From: Convolutriloba macropyga
Lineage: Eukaryota
Direction: 5' to 3'
Assembly (NCBI RefSeq): GCF_964194025.1
Contig: NC_134471.1
Location: forward strand, 70,866,001 to 70,930,000
DNA: 64,000 nt
Position numbers and translations under genes: made by a program. Below the pieces are notes generated by a model that saw only the letters and a list, made by a program, of their open reading frames with translations, had not been told where the DNA came from and did no database searches. This document shows, one piece after another, positions 23,564 to 36,104 of the stretch (position 1 is its first letter; each line of letters begins with the position of its first letter).

Positions 23564-26500
23564 TCATTCTTCATCTGTGTCATTTTCTTTGTCAGATCTT
23601 AATGACGGCATGTCAATATCCTCTTTCATTAACAAGACAAGCTTGTTGACTGGTCGTATAAATAGTCCAGATGATGTCTTCAGTTCAACAACTCGAACTA
23701 TTTTATCATTTCCGTCAAAGACCTTTGTTATTCGTCCCATTGGCCACAGAGTGGGTGGTGTGTTCTCTTCCTTGATTATTACTACATCATTGATGTCAAT
23801 ATTTGGTTGTCCCGTTTGCCATTTTTTCCGTGGTTGTAAATTTGACAAATATTCTGTTGACCACTTCTTCCAAAAGTCTCTGATAAGATTGTCCATCCTC
23901 TTCTTCTGTCGTGTCAATGAAATTGTTTTTTTTTCCTGTTGTTTTTGGTTCAGGCAATGCTGTGATTGGTCGTCCTATCAAAAATTGTCCTGGTGTAAGT
24001 GCTAAGGCATCATTGGGATCATTTGAAACGGACGTAATAGGCCTTGAATTTAAGATTGCTTCAATTTGTGTCAACAGTGTTGTGAAGTCTTCAAAAAACA
24101 ATTTTGTTCTTCCAATGCTGCGGTACATGTGGCGTTTCAAAGATTTGACAGCGGCCTCCCATAGTCCTCCAAAATTTGGTGTTCTCGGCGGTATAGTAAG
24201 CCAAGTAATATTGTTCTCCTTGCCGAACGTTGATATCAAATCTTCAAACTCGTGCGTAGCTAAGGCTTGTCGAAACTCCAACTCTCCCTTGGTCCCAATG
24301 AAAGTTGTTGAGTTGTCGCTGTATATTTCATCAGGAATACCTCGACGAGACACAAATCTTTTAATGGCTGCAAGACAGTCGTCCTTGGTCAGAGACATAA
24401 CTGGCTCTATGTGAACTGCCTTCGTACTGAAGCAAAAGAAAATTGCAACGTATGTTTTCAAAAGCGTTCGAGTTCCATTTTTCGTGTAGAACGGTCCACA
24501 ATAGTCGAGTCCGCAGTGACTGAACGCAAAGGATGGCACTACTCGCTCTCGAGGTAGATCTCCCATCTGAGGCTGTAACAATTTGGCATCAAAACGGATA
24601 CATGGCTTGCATCTGTATAAGACACCTTTCACTACAGAAAGCCCTCCAGGTATCCAAATATTTCGTCGAAGCGTGTATAACGTCAGTTGAGGTCCTCTGT
24701 GAAGACTTTTCTCGTGTGCTTCTCGAATAAGCATTTCAGTGATTGGAAATTTTCTTGGAATAAGAACTGAAAATTTTCGGTCTATTGTGTAGGGTGAATT
24801 GGCTAGGCGTCCTCCAACTCGAATCACCTTATTTTCTTCATCAAAAAATGGTGAAAGGCTGTTGAAACTGCTGCTTCTAGGAAATTTTCGTCTTCTGTGT
24901 CTCCCTTTAGTGGCTGCTGCATAGGCGTTAACGAAACATTTTATTTCTCTGGTGTCATCTTTGTTGTATTGATGTACTGTTTCGCTAGAATTGCCTGTAT
25001 TCCCGGTAGACACGATGTACAGTTGATCCCCAGGGCCCCCGGCCCAACCTATACCATGTCTGACATCCTCCCTTGAGACCCCGACAGCTTCTACGCTGTC
25101 AAGACATCCTGGGCCCCCGGCCCTCCCTATACCTAAGGAATTGGTAATAGAAACTGAGCTGGCATTTTCACCTGCGTCCCCGGCGCTGACAAGACTACCT
25201 GGGCCCCCGGCCCTACCTATACCTAAGGAATTGGTAGTAGAAACATCATCTGCGCCCCCGGCGCTGAAAAGATTACCAGGGCCCCCGGCCCTACCTGTAC
25301 CTAAGGAATTAGTAGAAACTGAGCTCGCATTTTCACCTGCGCCCCCGGCGCTGACAAGACTATCTGGGCCCCCGGCCCTACCTATACCTAGTGAACTAGT
25401 AGAAAAAGAGCTCGAACTTTCATCTGCGCTCCCAGCGCTGACAAGACTAAGACTACCTGGGCCCCCGGCCCTACCTATAACCTCAGGAGTACCGGCTGAA
25501 CTTGAGCTCCAATTTTCGTCCGCGCCCTTGGCACTGACAAGACATCCCGGGCCTCCGGTCCCACCTAAGTGTTGAGGACCACTGGTAACTAAAGAGATCC
25601 CCGTGCCCTTGCCAATCCTGGTGTTGATGTAAGCACCTGGGCCCCCGGCCCTACCAGTACCACCAACCCCCTCTGGTCCAGTGGATTTGATACGTTTCTG
25701 AACGTATTGTTTTGTCGCATCTCTGCTGCTGTTGTTTGCATCTTCAGTGGGCTGATTCATGATGATCTTGTATTCATGAAGAAAGTTTCGCTGTATGAAG
25801 CTGTACACTTGAAGTCGTCCTTCGTATAAATCTTTCCCTTGTAAAGAGACTGAATTATAAGTCCAGATCATTGGTTGAGACGTAGACTCATTACTATCAG
25901 TCCTTTCGTTTGGCGTTGAAGAGCATGCTTTTATGCTGTTCGACATTTTTGTTGTCCGTTGTTTCGCTTTTGAAGATTGAATTCTTCTCCTGATACTGCT
26001 GATGAACTTTTGGACATAGGTAAATATCCTTGTAACTTTATGTATTGACGAATGCCGATTTATCATCAAAACAATTGCGTTATCCTCTTTTGATGAAATC
26101 ATTGTCACGTTTTCAGATTGCACCTTTACTTCTTTTTTGGTCTCTTCTCCTGTAGGTGACAAAATGTCAAGTGAAGGCCAGGCGTTTTCAGGCTGCCGCA
26201 ACCACAATGGTCCATCCCACCAAAGCTTATGGTTCATCAAATCAGCTGCTGCTAATCCTCTGGAAGCACAATCCGCTGGATTATCTTCTGTTGGAACATA
26301 TTTCCAACTACTGGCTGGAATAATTTCTTGTATTTTCGCTACTCGGTTGGCGACAAATGAAATGTTTTCCTTTTCCTCGGATAATCTTGTAGCCAGGCAA
26401 TTGTAACTGTAGAATCTGACCACGCAAAAACCTTCGGAGTTGGAAACCGTTCATCGCTAATAGCATTTGTCACTGCCTCAACAAGCTTAGCTCCTAGCAG

Positions 26501-29500
26501 AGCAGCACAAAGTTCCAACCTTGGCACACAAACTGATTTGATTGGTGCAACTCTTGTCTTTGCTGTAAGCATTTTTGTTTCAATGAAATTGTCTGTCTCC
26601 TGTCTGATGAAAACGACAGAAGCATAAGCTGTAGTAGAAGCGTCGCAAAAGACGTGCAACTGCAAATCTGATTTCGTGGCTGGCTTGAGAATCTTCCGTT
26701 GAAGACTAATTTTTTCAAGATCCTTCAGTTGTGCTCGAAGTCGCAGGTACTGCTGTAGAATTGGGTCCGATAAAGGTTGATCCCAGCTAAGTTTGTCCAT
26801 CCACAACAGTTGAACAAAGGATTTATGTTGAATAGTCGTTGGTGATAGCCATCCCAGTGGGTCAAATAAACGTGAAACTTCTGAGAGGATTTGCCGTTTT
26901 GTAAATGGAGTTCCCTTGTCAAGTTTTACTGTGAAACCAAATTGATCAGGATTTAGATTCCACCTTATCCCAAGCGTCTTAATGGCATAGTCTTCGCTTT
27001 CAATTATCTTCTCGTCTTCCGTTTCTCTGAAAGTGGCAGCTAGTCTTGATACAAGTTTTGAGTCGCTAGATACCCATTTCCGTATATCAAAACCTGCTGA
27101 AGCAAGAAGCGTAATAATGGCGTCCTGAAGCTTCTCTGCGGCTTCTGAATCTTCGCATCCTGTAAGTAGGTCATCCACATACATATCAGTTGTTAGTGAC
27201 AAACGAAGTTTAGTGTTTGTTGTTTCTTCGGCAAGAACTTGTAGTGGTCGAATTGAATGAAAAGACGAAGACGCAATGCCGTATGTTACCCGAGTCATAC
27301 GATAAGTTTCAATCGCCTCTGAATTTGGATCTTTCCACAATAATCGGTGATAATCTTTGTCTTCCTTGTCCAATTCCACTTGCCTATACATTTTTGCAAT
27401 ATCAGCAGAAAGTGCTACTTGGTGTAGTCGAAATCGAACAAGAATGCTGAAAAGGTCTTTCTGAATTTTTGGTCCGACCATGAGTCTGTCGTTGAGAGAT
27501 ACTCCTGTTGTTGTCTTTGCGGATCCGTCAAAAACGACCCTCAGCTTGGTGGTACTGCTTGACTCCTTGAACACACAATGATGACAAAGATAGTAGCAGT
27601 TTTCGACAGGCTTGACAAGTTCTGATGTTGGAACTTTCTCCATGTGTCCGAGATGAAAAAACTCTCCAATGAATTCTGCGTATCTCTTATAAAGGTCGGG
27701 TTGTCTTTCCAATCTGAATAGAAGACTGCGGAGTCGTTTTTTGGCTTGTTGAAGTGAATCTCCCAATGCTTTTGTCTCTTTCTTGAAGGGAAGTTTCACT
27801 ATGAAGCGACCTTCAGGGCTTCTTCTAGTTGTTTCCTTGAAGTGATCATCGCAGCGTTTTTCTTCTGCTGTCCAAAGCTGCGCTGCTGGAACTTCTTCTA
27901 TTTCCCAAAAACGCTGCAAATTTTCTGGCTCTGAAGAAACAAAGAAAGTCTGCAGATCGTTTGTATAGGTTTTGTCTGTCTGTTCCCTTCCAATAACGAC
28001 CCAACCGAACATTGATAGCCTATATGTTATTCCACAGTTAGGCTCCTTTAGTCGATTGTTGCCAATCATTATATCTTCATAATGAGATGCTCCGATCAAG
28101 AGGTCAATTGATGACGGCTTGTTGAAATCTGGGTCAGCAAGCTCCAACTCCTTTACTGTTTCCCATTGGCTGGTGTCAAAGAACCGTGATGGCAGATTAT
28201 CAGTCATTTTTGTCAAAACTGACGCACTAATATTGACAGTGGACGATCTGTTCCTTGATGAGATAAGAAGGTCCACGCGACCTTTGTTGTCTTGAACCGT
28301 CCCACCTAGTCCAAAAACTTTTGTGTTGCTGCTTTTCTTCTTCAATTGTAACCTTTGTACTGCTGATTCAGTTATAAGGTTGTTTTGTGAAGCTGAGTCT
28401 AGAAGTGCCCTAAGTAGAATTGTCTCGCCGTGAACATTAACGGCAACAATTGCGGTTTGAAGAAAGACTTCTTCTGAAGTTCGTTGAGTCATAGCTCCTG
28501 TGAACTTGTTTTCATCCTTAGCTTTTGCAATTGCTGTTGTTGTTATAGCGTTGTTCTCCTGTTTGTCATTTGCTTGAGTGCTGGTTGTTCCGCTAGTTGT
28601 TTGCTGATTGGTGTTTTTGTTGTGAATGTTTTCACGATGAAGAAGAGTATGATGCTTTCTACCACATTGCTTGCATTTCGATCCATCACAATCTTCTGAT
28701 CTGTGTCCCGGTCGCAGACAATTGAAACAGAGTTTTCTAACCTTTATCAGCTCTGCACGTTCCCTCACTGAAAGTTTCTTGAACTTTCCGCATTTGAAAA
28801 TTTTGTGCGTTTCTTCACAACATTCGCATTGTTGCTCGGAAGTCGCCAAATGTGTGTGCAAATGTCGTTGGTTCCCGTTCATTTGAGTTTTTGTCGCTCC
28901 TACTCCATTTGGCGCTGTTGCCTCGAGTGCTTGTGCGCGTTCTTCTAAGAAAAGTCTGAGCTCTGCATACCTTTGAGGTTCCTTGCCTTTTGAAGACAGC
29001 TCCCATTGTTTTCTTGTCTCTGTAGGCAGCTTCTCACTGATCAAGTAAACAAAAAAGATGTCTTGACTATTGACTGGTTCTCCCAAATTCTGCAAGGCAA
29101 GTCGATGTTCGTCCATTGCTTCAATTAAATTTCTTAAGTCGCTGGCATTATCGGTTGTCAGTGATCGATACGAAACAATTGAATGCAGGTGTGTGCGAAT
29201 GATGATCCTCTTGTTCTCGTATCTGTTTATCAGAGTATTCATAGCAATGTCGAAATTGTGATCGGTAACTGGTATCGAGGCAAGCAGTTTGGCGGCATCA
29301 CCTTTTACAGATGCTTTCAGATACTGCAACTTCTGACTTCCTTGAAGAGAACTGTTGTCGATGACTGCTCCTTTGAAGAAATCAAAGAACGAAGTCCATT
29401 CCATATAATTACCCGAAAAAACTGGCAGATTGAGTTTTGGTAACTTGATGTTGGCTGAGCTCCTCATAGCATCGGAGAGCGTTGAAGTAGATGGTGTTGA

Positions 29501-29836
29501 AGTATCTGCTGCTGTTGAAGGTCCCTCAAAACGTTTCGTGAAGCGTTTGATTGCATCAATGTTCTGTGTCAACTTGTCATCAACTTCCTAGGACTCCAGA
29601 ATATCATTGTCCAGTGCTTCCGCCTCCGTCAAGTTCTGTTGAAGTTCTTGGTTCAAAGTTACCAGAAAATTCTGCTTTCGGGTGAGAAGTGTCGCTACCT
29701 GATTTAGCCTGTTGATGTCTGCTTCTGAAATGGTGTCTAGATCTTTTGACATGATATTTTCAGCCTCATTGTTAAACCTTGTAGCAACGCTGCGGTGTGA
29801 TCCCCCCGACTGTTTCTGCATTTCAAGATTGGACAT
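23564..29836 (-). pseudogene. BEL/Pao gag-pol polyprotein with one in-frame TAG (29588) and two frameshifts (~26365, ~23930)
   Basis: KLPKLNLPVFSG gag, triple CCHC (CFNCLRPGH..C), protease LLDSAS, RT YLCHHCV/VVFDGS/ADIAKMYRQV/YVDD, RNase H HVFCDAS..AKTRVAP..PRLEL, integrase GLDYCGP/SDN/GGLWEAAVKS, C-terminal WPMGRI..GNDKIVRVV. Confidence 0.93.
25025..25680 (-). repeat. In-frame Gly/Ser-rich tandem repeat inside BEL pol (8 GxAGGPG-type units)
   Basis: GGGCCCCCGGCCC-type cores at 25033, 25111, 25201, 25279, 25366, 25459, 25549 and 25639; all spacings are multiples of 3. Confidence 0.9.
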
Positions 29837-30393
29837 TTTGACTTGCTGTTGCCTCTGAGGGCGTTTTTTTTTCGTGTCTTTGATGCTGGTCTTTATTCGT
29901 ATTAGTTTCGTTTGTCTTTTTGTGGATTTTGCTGTGCTGAAAGCTAAAAACACACTAAAAGAACGCAAAAGATGGGAAATCGGGTTTCACTTAATCCCCC
30001 CTTCAAAAAATGCGGCCAATTTTTGCGCGCGAACTTAGTGCTATTACTTCGGGGGAGCAAACCTAAACTAAAAATTTCGAAATCTCCGCGAGAACTGAGA
30101 AAGAGATTGTTTTCCCCGAAGTTTCACAAAAAAGTTTTTGTAACCCTTGAGATATAGTTCTCCCACTAGATAACTTTACCGGGTCTCAGAATTAGGTTAA
30201 TCAACCTTGTTATACAAGTTAATCAACTTGTATAACATGAGGGGGGATGTGTTATCTAGTGGGGGGTCCGCTTTTAACTTCCCATTTAAGTTTCCCCTTT
30301 TAGATTTTTTGCTAAATTTTTTGAGAGAGTTAATGCTTTTGGTGCCTAATGCTTTGACTATTTTATCCTTAACCTATTTGTCGGCGGACCAAA

Positions 30394-30613
30394 TGTTGCG
30401 GTGCAACATTAATTGAATCACTTGCTTAGAAATGCTTTATTATAACGCTTTATGCTTAAGAATCTCAAGCTCGAAAAGACCAAGTGAATGTGATAATATC
30501 GTTTGAAATTATGAATATTTGGTTTCAGCACGTGGTTAATTATCATTGTTTTCCTCATCTTGCTCGGATTGCATTGAAGGTCATTGTATCAAAGGCTATT
30601 GTAAATCGTAACA
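30394..30613 (-). repeat. BEL-1 5' LTR
   Basis: Repeat of 23133-23352, adjacent to the PBS. Confidence 0.95.
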
Positions 30614-30686
30614 ACTTTACGACCCGGAAGACGAATTGTGGACTGCTGTCGGGATTCGACAACAACTGCCATCTTGGAACTTTCAA

Positions 30687-30692
30687 GTGAGT
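30687..30692 (+). promoter_or_regulatory. Candidate Gypsy major splice donor in the leader
   Basis: CAA|GTGAGT consensus donor, 273 nt upstream of the gag ATG. Confidence 0.55.
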
Positions 30693-30959
30693 ACTCCCTG
30701 AAAATTCGAATATCTTAAATCAGGGCGTACATGTTTTTGTGATAATAAAATAGCGTTCAGAAACATCAATATTTAAATTTGACTTAATTTGACTTAAACT
30801 CAAGCATTAAACTTCGAGTTTTTTTGCCTTTATTGTAGAGGGAATTAGAGTTTCAATCATATTTAAAAACTGTTAACTAGAGTGTCGGAAAAATAGTTCG
30901 CGTTTCGAACGGAATCAGTGAAATATTTTGAATAACAACAGCTTTTAAAGAAAATAAGG

Positions 30960-31981
30960 ATGGCGCGGCACTCCTCAAAAATGCTGTTACCGGAACCATT
31001 TACTGGATCAAATGATTTTGAAAGTTATATTACACACTTTGCGCTCTTGTCAAAAATTCAAACGTGGCAAAGAAAAGAAACAGTAAACGCCGAGACCGAA
31101 ATTGATGAACGGCCGCATTATTTTGCGTTAAGGTTACAAAAGTCGGCTATTGATTTCTATCGTACACTTTTGGAGGACACCAGAAAGAGTTATGACTAAA
31201 AGCTTTCAGACAACATTATAATGAGAAACCAGTATTGTTCCGGGGGAGGCTAGCTAGGAGAGTCCAGCAGCCTGGTGAAAAACTAACAGATTTTCTCGGT
31301 GATTTGCAAACTTTAGCCTTAAAAGCATACCCTCAGGAGTCTAATGAGATAAGAGAACATCTCATTTTGAGGGGATTCCTCGAAGGCATAGAAAATAGTC
31401 AGGTGCGACTCGACCTGTGAAAGAACTTGGGTGACGCGGAAATAACTTTAGACAAAGCTTTAGAAAGAGCACAACACATTGAAGCAGTCACGAGAATTGA
31501 GGAGGAGGATAATGAGCCACGGGTTTCTGCCATCCAGTCAAATGAAAACACACAACTGATTAATTCGATTAACGATTTAGTGCGGACACTGCAGACTAAT
31601 CAACCTAATATGCAAGAGAATCAAAAGTTTTCATCGCAAGGAGCGCGGCCAAAAGAGTTTCTGCGCGGTAGTGAGCGAAGTTCAAGAGAGAACAAAGATA
31701 GAAATAGAAGTACTAATAGCTATACCAGAAGCAGCGCTGAGCATAGACGAAATAATTACGAAAGTAGAGCGCGTTCGCTAACACCTGGAGGTGAGAACAG
31801 AAGCCGAGATCGATCGCCCGAAAGTCGTGCCGAGCAGTCGAAGGCAGCGGTGAGTTGCGAGAAAGAAAAATGTCGCCGTTGCGGTCAGCGAAACCATGCA
31901 TATAGGGAATGCAAAAACTGTTTCGAATGTGGGAGCCCAAATCACTTCAAACGAAATTGTCCGTACTTAAACGAAAATTAG
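30960..31981 (+). pseudogene. Gypsy gag (disrupted) with two CCHC zinc knuckles
   Basis: PEPFTGSNDFESYITHF, RVQQPGEKLTDF, FLEGIEN, CRRCGQRNHAYREC, CFECGSPNHFKRNC. Confidence 0.9.
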
Positions 31982-32015
31982 CTGGGCTTCCTTTTCAGCC
32001 GGCTACGTAAAAACT

Positions 32016-35000
32016 TTGCGTGGCGGAAACAGCCCAGTGGAGGCATTGTTTGCGAAAATAATGATAAAAGACAAATTGATAATGGCCTTAATTGATAGTG
32101 GAAGTAGTGTTAATATTATAAGCGACACACTCTACAAGCAATTGGGGGAACCGAGCCAGATCAGAATGTGCTATAAAAATATAATAGCTGCCGATAACGG
32201 GAAAATGCCTATAATGGGGTCAACAGATATTCAAGTTCAACTTCAGAAAGTTACATGTGAAATAACAGTTAAATTTCTAGTGACCAGAATTGAGATAACG
32301 CCTTGTCTTTTAGGCATGGAATTTTTGTACAATTTTGACTGTATTTTTAATCTCAGAAAGAACGAAATTTTTTGCGGGGCGATTGGGCAAACATTACAAC
32401 TGGCCCCATCCCAACGAAGTAATAAGAATCTGTTTTTAATTGCTGCTGAGGATCACGAATTACCTCGTCGCTGCGAGGGTTTCATTAAATGCAAAATTAT
32501 TGATGAAGAAGGTAACATAACACAGCAAACAAAAATTATAGTCGAACCCATGAAAGGGTTTGAAGAAAAATCACACTTACTAATAGCGAGATCGCTGAAT
32601 GACATGATTGATGATGTCGTATGGATTCGAGCTCTGAACCCTATATTAGAATCAAAGAAACTTTACAAAAATGCGAGAATCGCATGTGCGGAAAACATTG
32701 AAAAAATTTCAAGATTTCAACAAAATAACCCTGACAATAATAAAAGCATAGGGACGAATTTGATTTCGAGAAACACGTGAACTCAAGTTCAATGAGCTTG
32801 TCTTGTGAGGAAATGACAAAAGTGAGGTCACTTTGCCGAAAATATGAAGTGATATTTTCGCGAAACTCAAATGATATGGGATTTTGCGACCGAATTTATC
32901 ATAAAATAAAATTAAAAAAGGATGCTGTGCCATTCAGACGTACATACGGCAGCATGAGTTTTGAGAAAAAAAAAACTCATGAAGAAAATTGTGGAAGACT
33001 TGGAACGAGATGACTTAGTCGAACAAACACACTCTGATTGGGCAGCACCATCATTACTGGTACCAAAAAAAGACGGAACCTACCGCTTAGTTGTAGACTA
33101 CCGTGGTCTAAATAAACAAATAGAGAAAACATGCTGGCCTTTACCACGAATTAATGAGGTTATTGATTCACTGGAGGGAAACATGTACTTCTCAAACATT
33201 GATCTTCTGTCGGGATACTTTCAAATGGCGCTGGAAGAAGAGAGTCAAAATGCAACAGCTTTTATTACACCTTTGGGCCTATATAAGTGGAAGAGGCTCC
33301 CTATGGGACTAGCTTCTGCACCAGGAGCTTTTCAGAATCTATTGGAATTATTTTTTGCTGGTCTCTCTTACAAAGTAGCTTCAGTTTATCTAGACGACGT
33401 TATCGTTTTTGGAAGAAATTTCGAAGAACATCTTAAACGGTTAGAGCTGGTTTTGCAACGTTTATCGGAGAATGGATTAAAGATTAAAAGATCAAAATGC
33501 AATTTCTTCCAAAAGCGCGTCAGCTTTTTAGGACAAATTATATCTGAGAGTGGTGTCGAGGTCAACACAGAGAAAGTAAGAGCGGTAGAAAAAATGAAAG
33601 AACCATCATCCCTAAAAGACGTCAGGGCTTTTTTGGGCCTTGTGGGCTATTATCGAAAACTCAATCCGGGTTTCGGAAAAACATCAGAACCTCTTTACGG
33701 GTTACTAAATAAATCAAATAACTTTGAATGGAGTACAGAGTGCACAAGTGCGGTAGCAGAGTTGAAGGAAAAGCTTTTAGAAGCCCCAGGTTTAGGATAT
33801 CCAAACGATAGGGATCAATATACATTAACTACTGATGCATCGTTGACAGGCATCGGAGCAATTCTTACACAAAAACAAGGATCTGAGGATAGAGTAATTG
33901 CATATGCTAGCAAAACTTTTAGTAAAAGTCAACGAAACTACTCAGCAACTAAGCGGAAATTATTCGCAATAGTTCACTTTAACCATTATTTTTAAAACTA
34001 TTTACTTGGTCAGCATTTTTTAATTATAACGGACCACAGGGCTCTCATGTGGATCTATAGTTTTAAAGAACCAGACGGTATGGTCGCAAGATGGATAGAG
34101 AAACTTGGGCAATTCAATTTTGAAATCAAGCATAGAGCAGGAGAGAAAATCCCTTTCGCGCATAAACACAGAAGAAGAGGAACAAACAGCTTTCGTTAAC
34201 GCTATTTCGCTAGACGTAGAGCAAGACGATACCGACTATAGTAGTCTAGGTTGGCAGTTACACAAACTGCAGAGAGTAGAACTGCGAGATTCGCAGCAAA
34301 GTGACAATATACTCAAAGAAGTATATTCATTGGTCATAAACAAAAAAAGACCCGAACCACGGCAAATGAGAAACGGAGCTTCAAAGGAGTTATGGAAATA
34401 CTGGGTTCATTATAAAAATCGTTCTCTCATAGAAGGGATTTTGTATCAAAAACACCAAACAGAACCTAACTTTGAAACTGTTTACCAAATGCTGGTACCC
34501 TGGGGTAGAGTGTCGAACACGTTCTTGAGCTGTTGCATGATTCGCCTAGCGCAGGACACTTTGGTGTAGAGAAAACGTACAAACGAGCTTGCGAAAGGTT
34601 TTAATGGCCGTGCATGAGAAGGGACGTAAGAAACTGGATAGAAAGCTGTGACGTTTGCCTAAAAAGGAAAGACACTAAGCAGAAGCATCGGCATTCACTC
34701 ACAAAATGGAAACCTAGTCATCCATTTTGGCAAGTATCTCTTGATATCATGGGTCCACTTCCCAAAACTCAGGGAAACAAGTATATTTTGCTTATCAGTG
34801 ATAAATTCAGTAAGTGGTACGAAGCCGTAGCGTTACCAATCAAGAGGCAAAAATTGTAGCAAAAGCGTTTGTTGAACACTGGATATTAAGATTGGGCTGT
34901 CCAGTCAACCTTCATAGTGACCAAGGGTCAAACTTTATGACTAAATTGTCTCGTAGCCTTTGCAGTGAACTTGGAATTTAGAGAACATCAACCACATCCT

Positions 35001-35991
35001 ACCACACACAAGGGAACGCGATGATTGAACGAACAAATCGAACAATAGAAGAATGCTTCTCCAACACGAGTGGACTAATTTTCTACCTTTAGCGATGATG
35101 ACATATCGATCATCATTTCATAGTGTAACAAGATACAGCCCAGCGTTTGTGGTACTGGGTTTTCCACTGTCGCTACCTATAGACTGCATCTATAGCACAC
35201 CACAGACCACAATATATGCAACACCAGGTGACTATGTTTTCACGATGAAACAGAAACTACAAGAAACGCACCAGTTGATACGAGAGTATATGGATTTCAA
35301 ACAAGAACGCCAAAAATCGTATTATGATCGCAGTAAGTATGGGCCGAGCTATAAAGTTGGCGAAGAAGTGTTAATTTTCAACCCAACGGTTAGAAAAGGA
35401 GAAACAAGAAAATTTACTTCTTTCTATAGAGGACCATACATAATTGTTGAAAATATAAACGATTTGAATTTCAAGGTAGAAGATAAAAAGACGAGGAAAA
35501 CTATCAAGGTCCATTATGACCGACTGAAGAAATATAAAACACGAGAAAAACCATTCACGCCTGAGCCTCAGGCGAAACGAAAAACAACCAGTAAGGAGCA
35601 GAAGAATGGCGATTTGAACAGCCTAGACGATGGCGATATAATTGAAATAGAATCATCAACAGACAGTGAAAGCAATCTAAACACAGAAAATCAATCCGAA
35701 GCTGAGGATGCTAACGATTCACTAAATGTTACAACTGAAACGTCTGAGAATGAAGCTAAAGAATCAGAGCAAGAAACCTCTGAAGGGCAAGAGAAGGCAC
35801 AAAATGTTCCCGAGGGAAGAGGTGCAACTCCATCAAAAGCTACCGAGTACACTGAAAAAAAACCAGCAGAAACAAAAATTCCAAAACCAGAAAAAAAGCA
35901 ACAGGAATCTAGTAGTAAAACAAAAAATACTGAAGAAAAGATTAATAGTATTCCCAAGGCACCAAAAATGGCTACAAGGTCTAGCAGTTGA
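32016..35991 (+). pseudogene. Gypsy pol (disrupted): aspartic protease, dUTPase-like spacer, RT, RNase H, integrase, acidic tail
   Basis: ALIDSGS..LLGMEFL; LVPKKDGTYRLVVDYR, RLPMGL, YLDD; TTDAS..GIGAIL..IAYAS..YSAT; CDVC, VSLDIMGP, HSDQGSNF, GPY motif. Confidence 0.93.
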
Positions 35992-36064
35992 TTAAAATCG
36001 GTGCCTGAGAGATTATAAAATTACTTTACTGAGCAAGATGTGGAGTACTTTAGCTGCCAGGAAA

Positions 36065-36085
36065 CTGACGACGTTTTTGTTTCAG
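36065..36085 (+). promoter_or_regulatory. Candidate env splice acceptor
   Basis: CTGAC branch-like motif, then GTTTTTGTTTCAG|, 20 nt before the env ATG at 36105; same TTTCAG consensus as the host PIG-B acceptors. Confidence 0.6.
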
Positions 36086-36104
36086 GAAAATCCAGAAAGA
36101 AATA

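Larger units (their letters stand above)
23133..30613 (-). mobile_element. BEL/Pao LTR retrotransposon, near intact, nested in the Gypsy leader
   Basis: 220-bp TG...CA LTRs with 2 mismatches; ACTTT TSD (23128-23132 / 30614-30618); PBS TGGTCCGCCGAC (30391-30380); PPT-like TTCAAGGAGGCCGGTA before the 3' LTR. Confidence 0.97.

Noticed and set aside
23577-29443. Plus-strand ORFs overlapping BEL pol
   Set aside because: Antisense shadows of the long coding frame; only 25141-25575 is noted, as part of the repeat finding.
23223-30690. Near-identical short ORFs at 23223 and 30484
   Set aside because: They fall in the two BEL LTRs and diverge at the LTR end.
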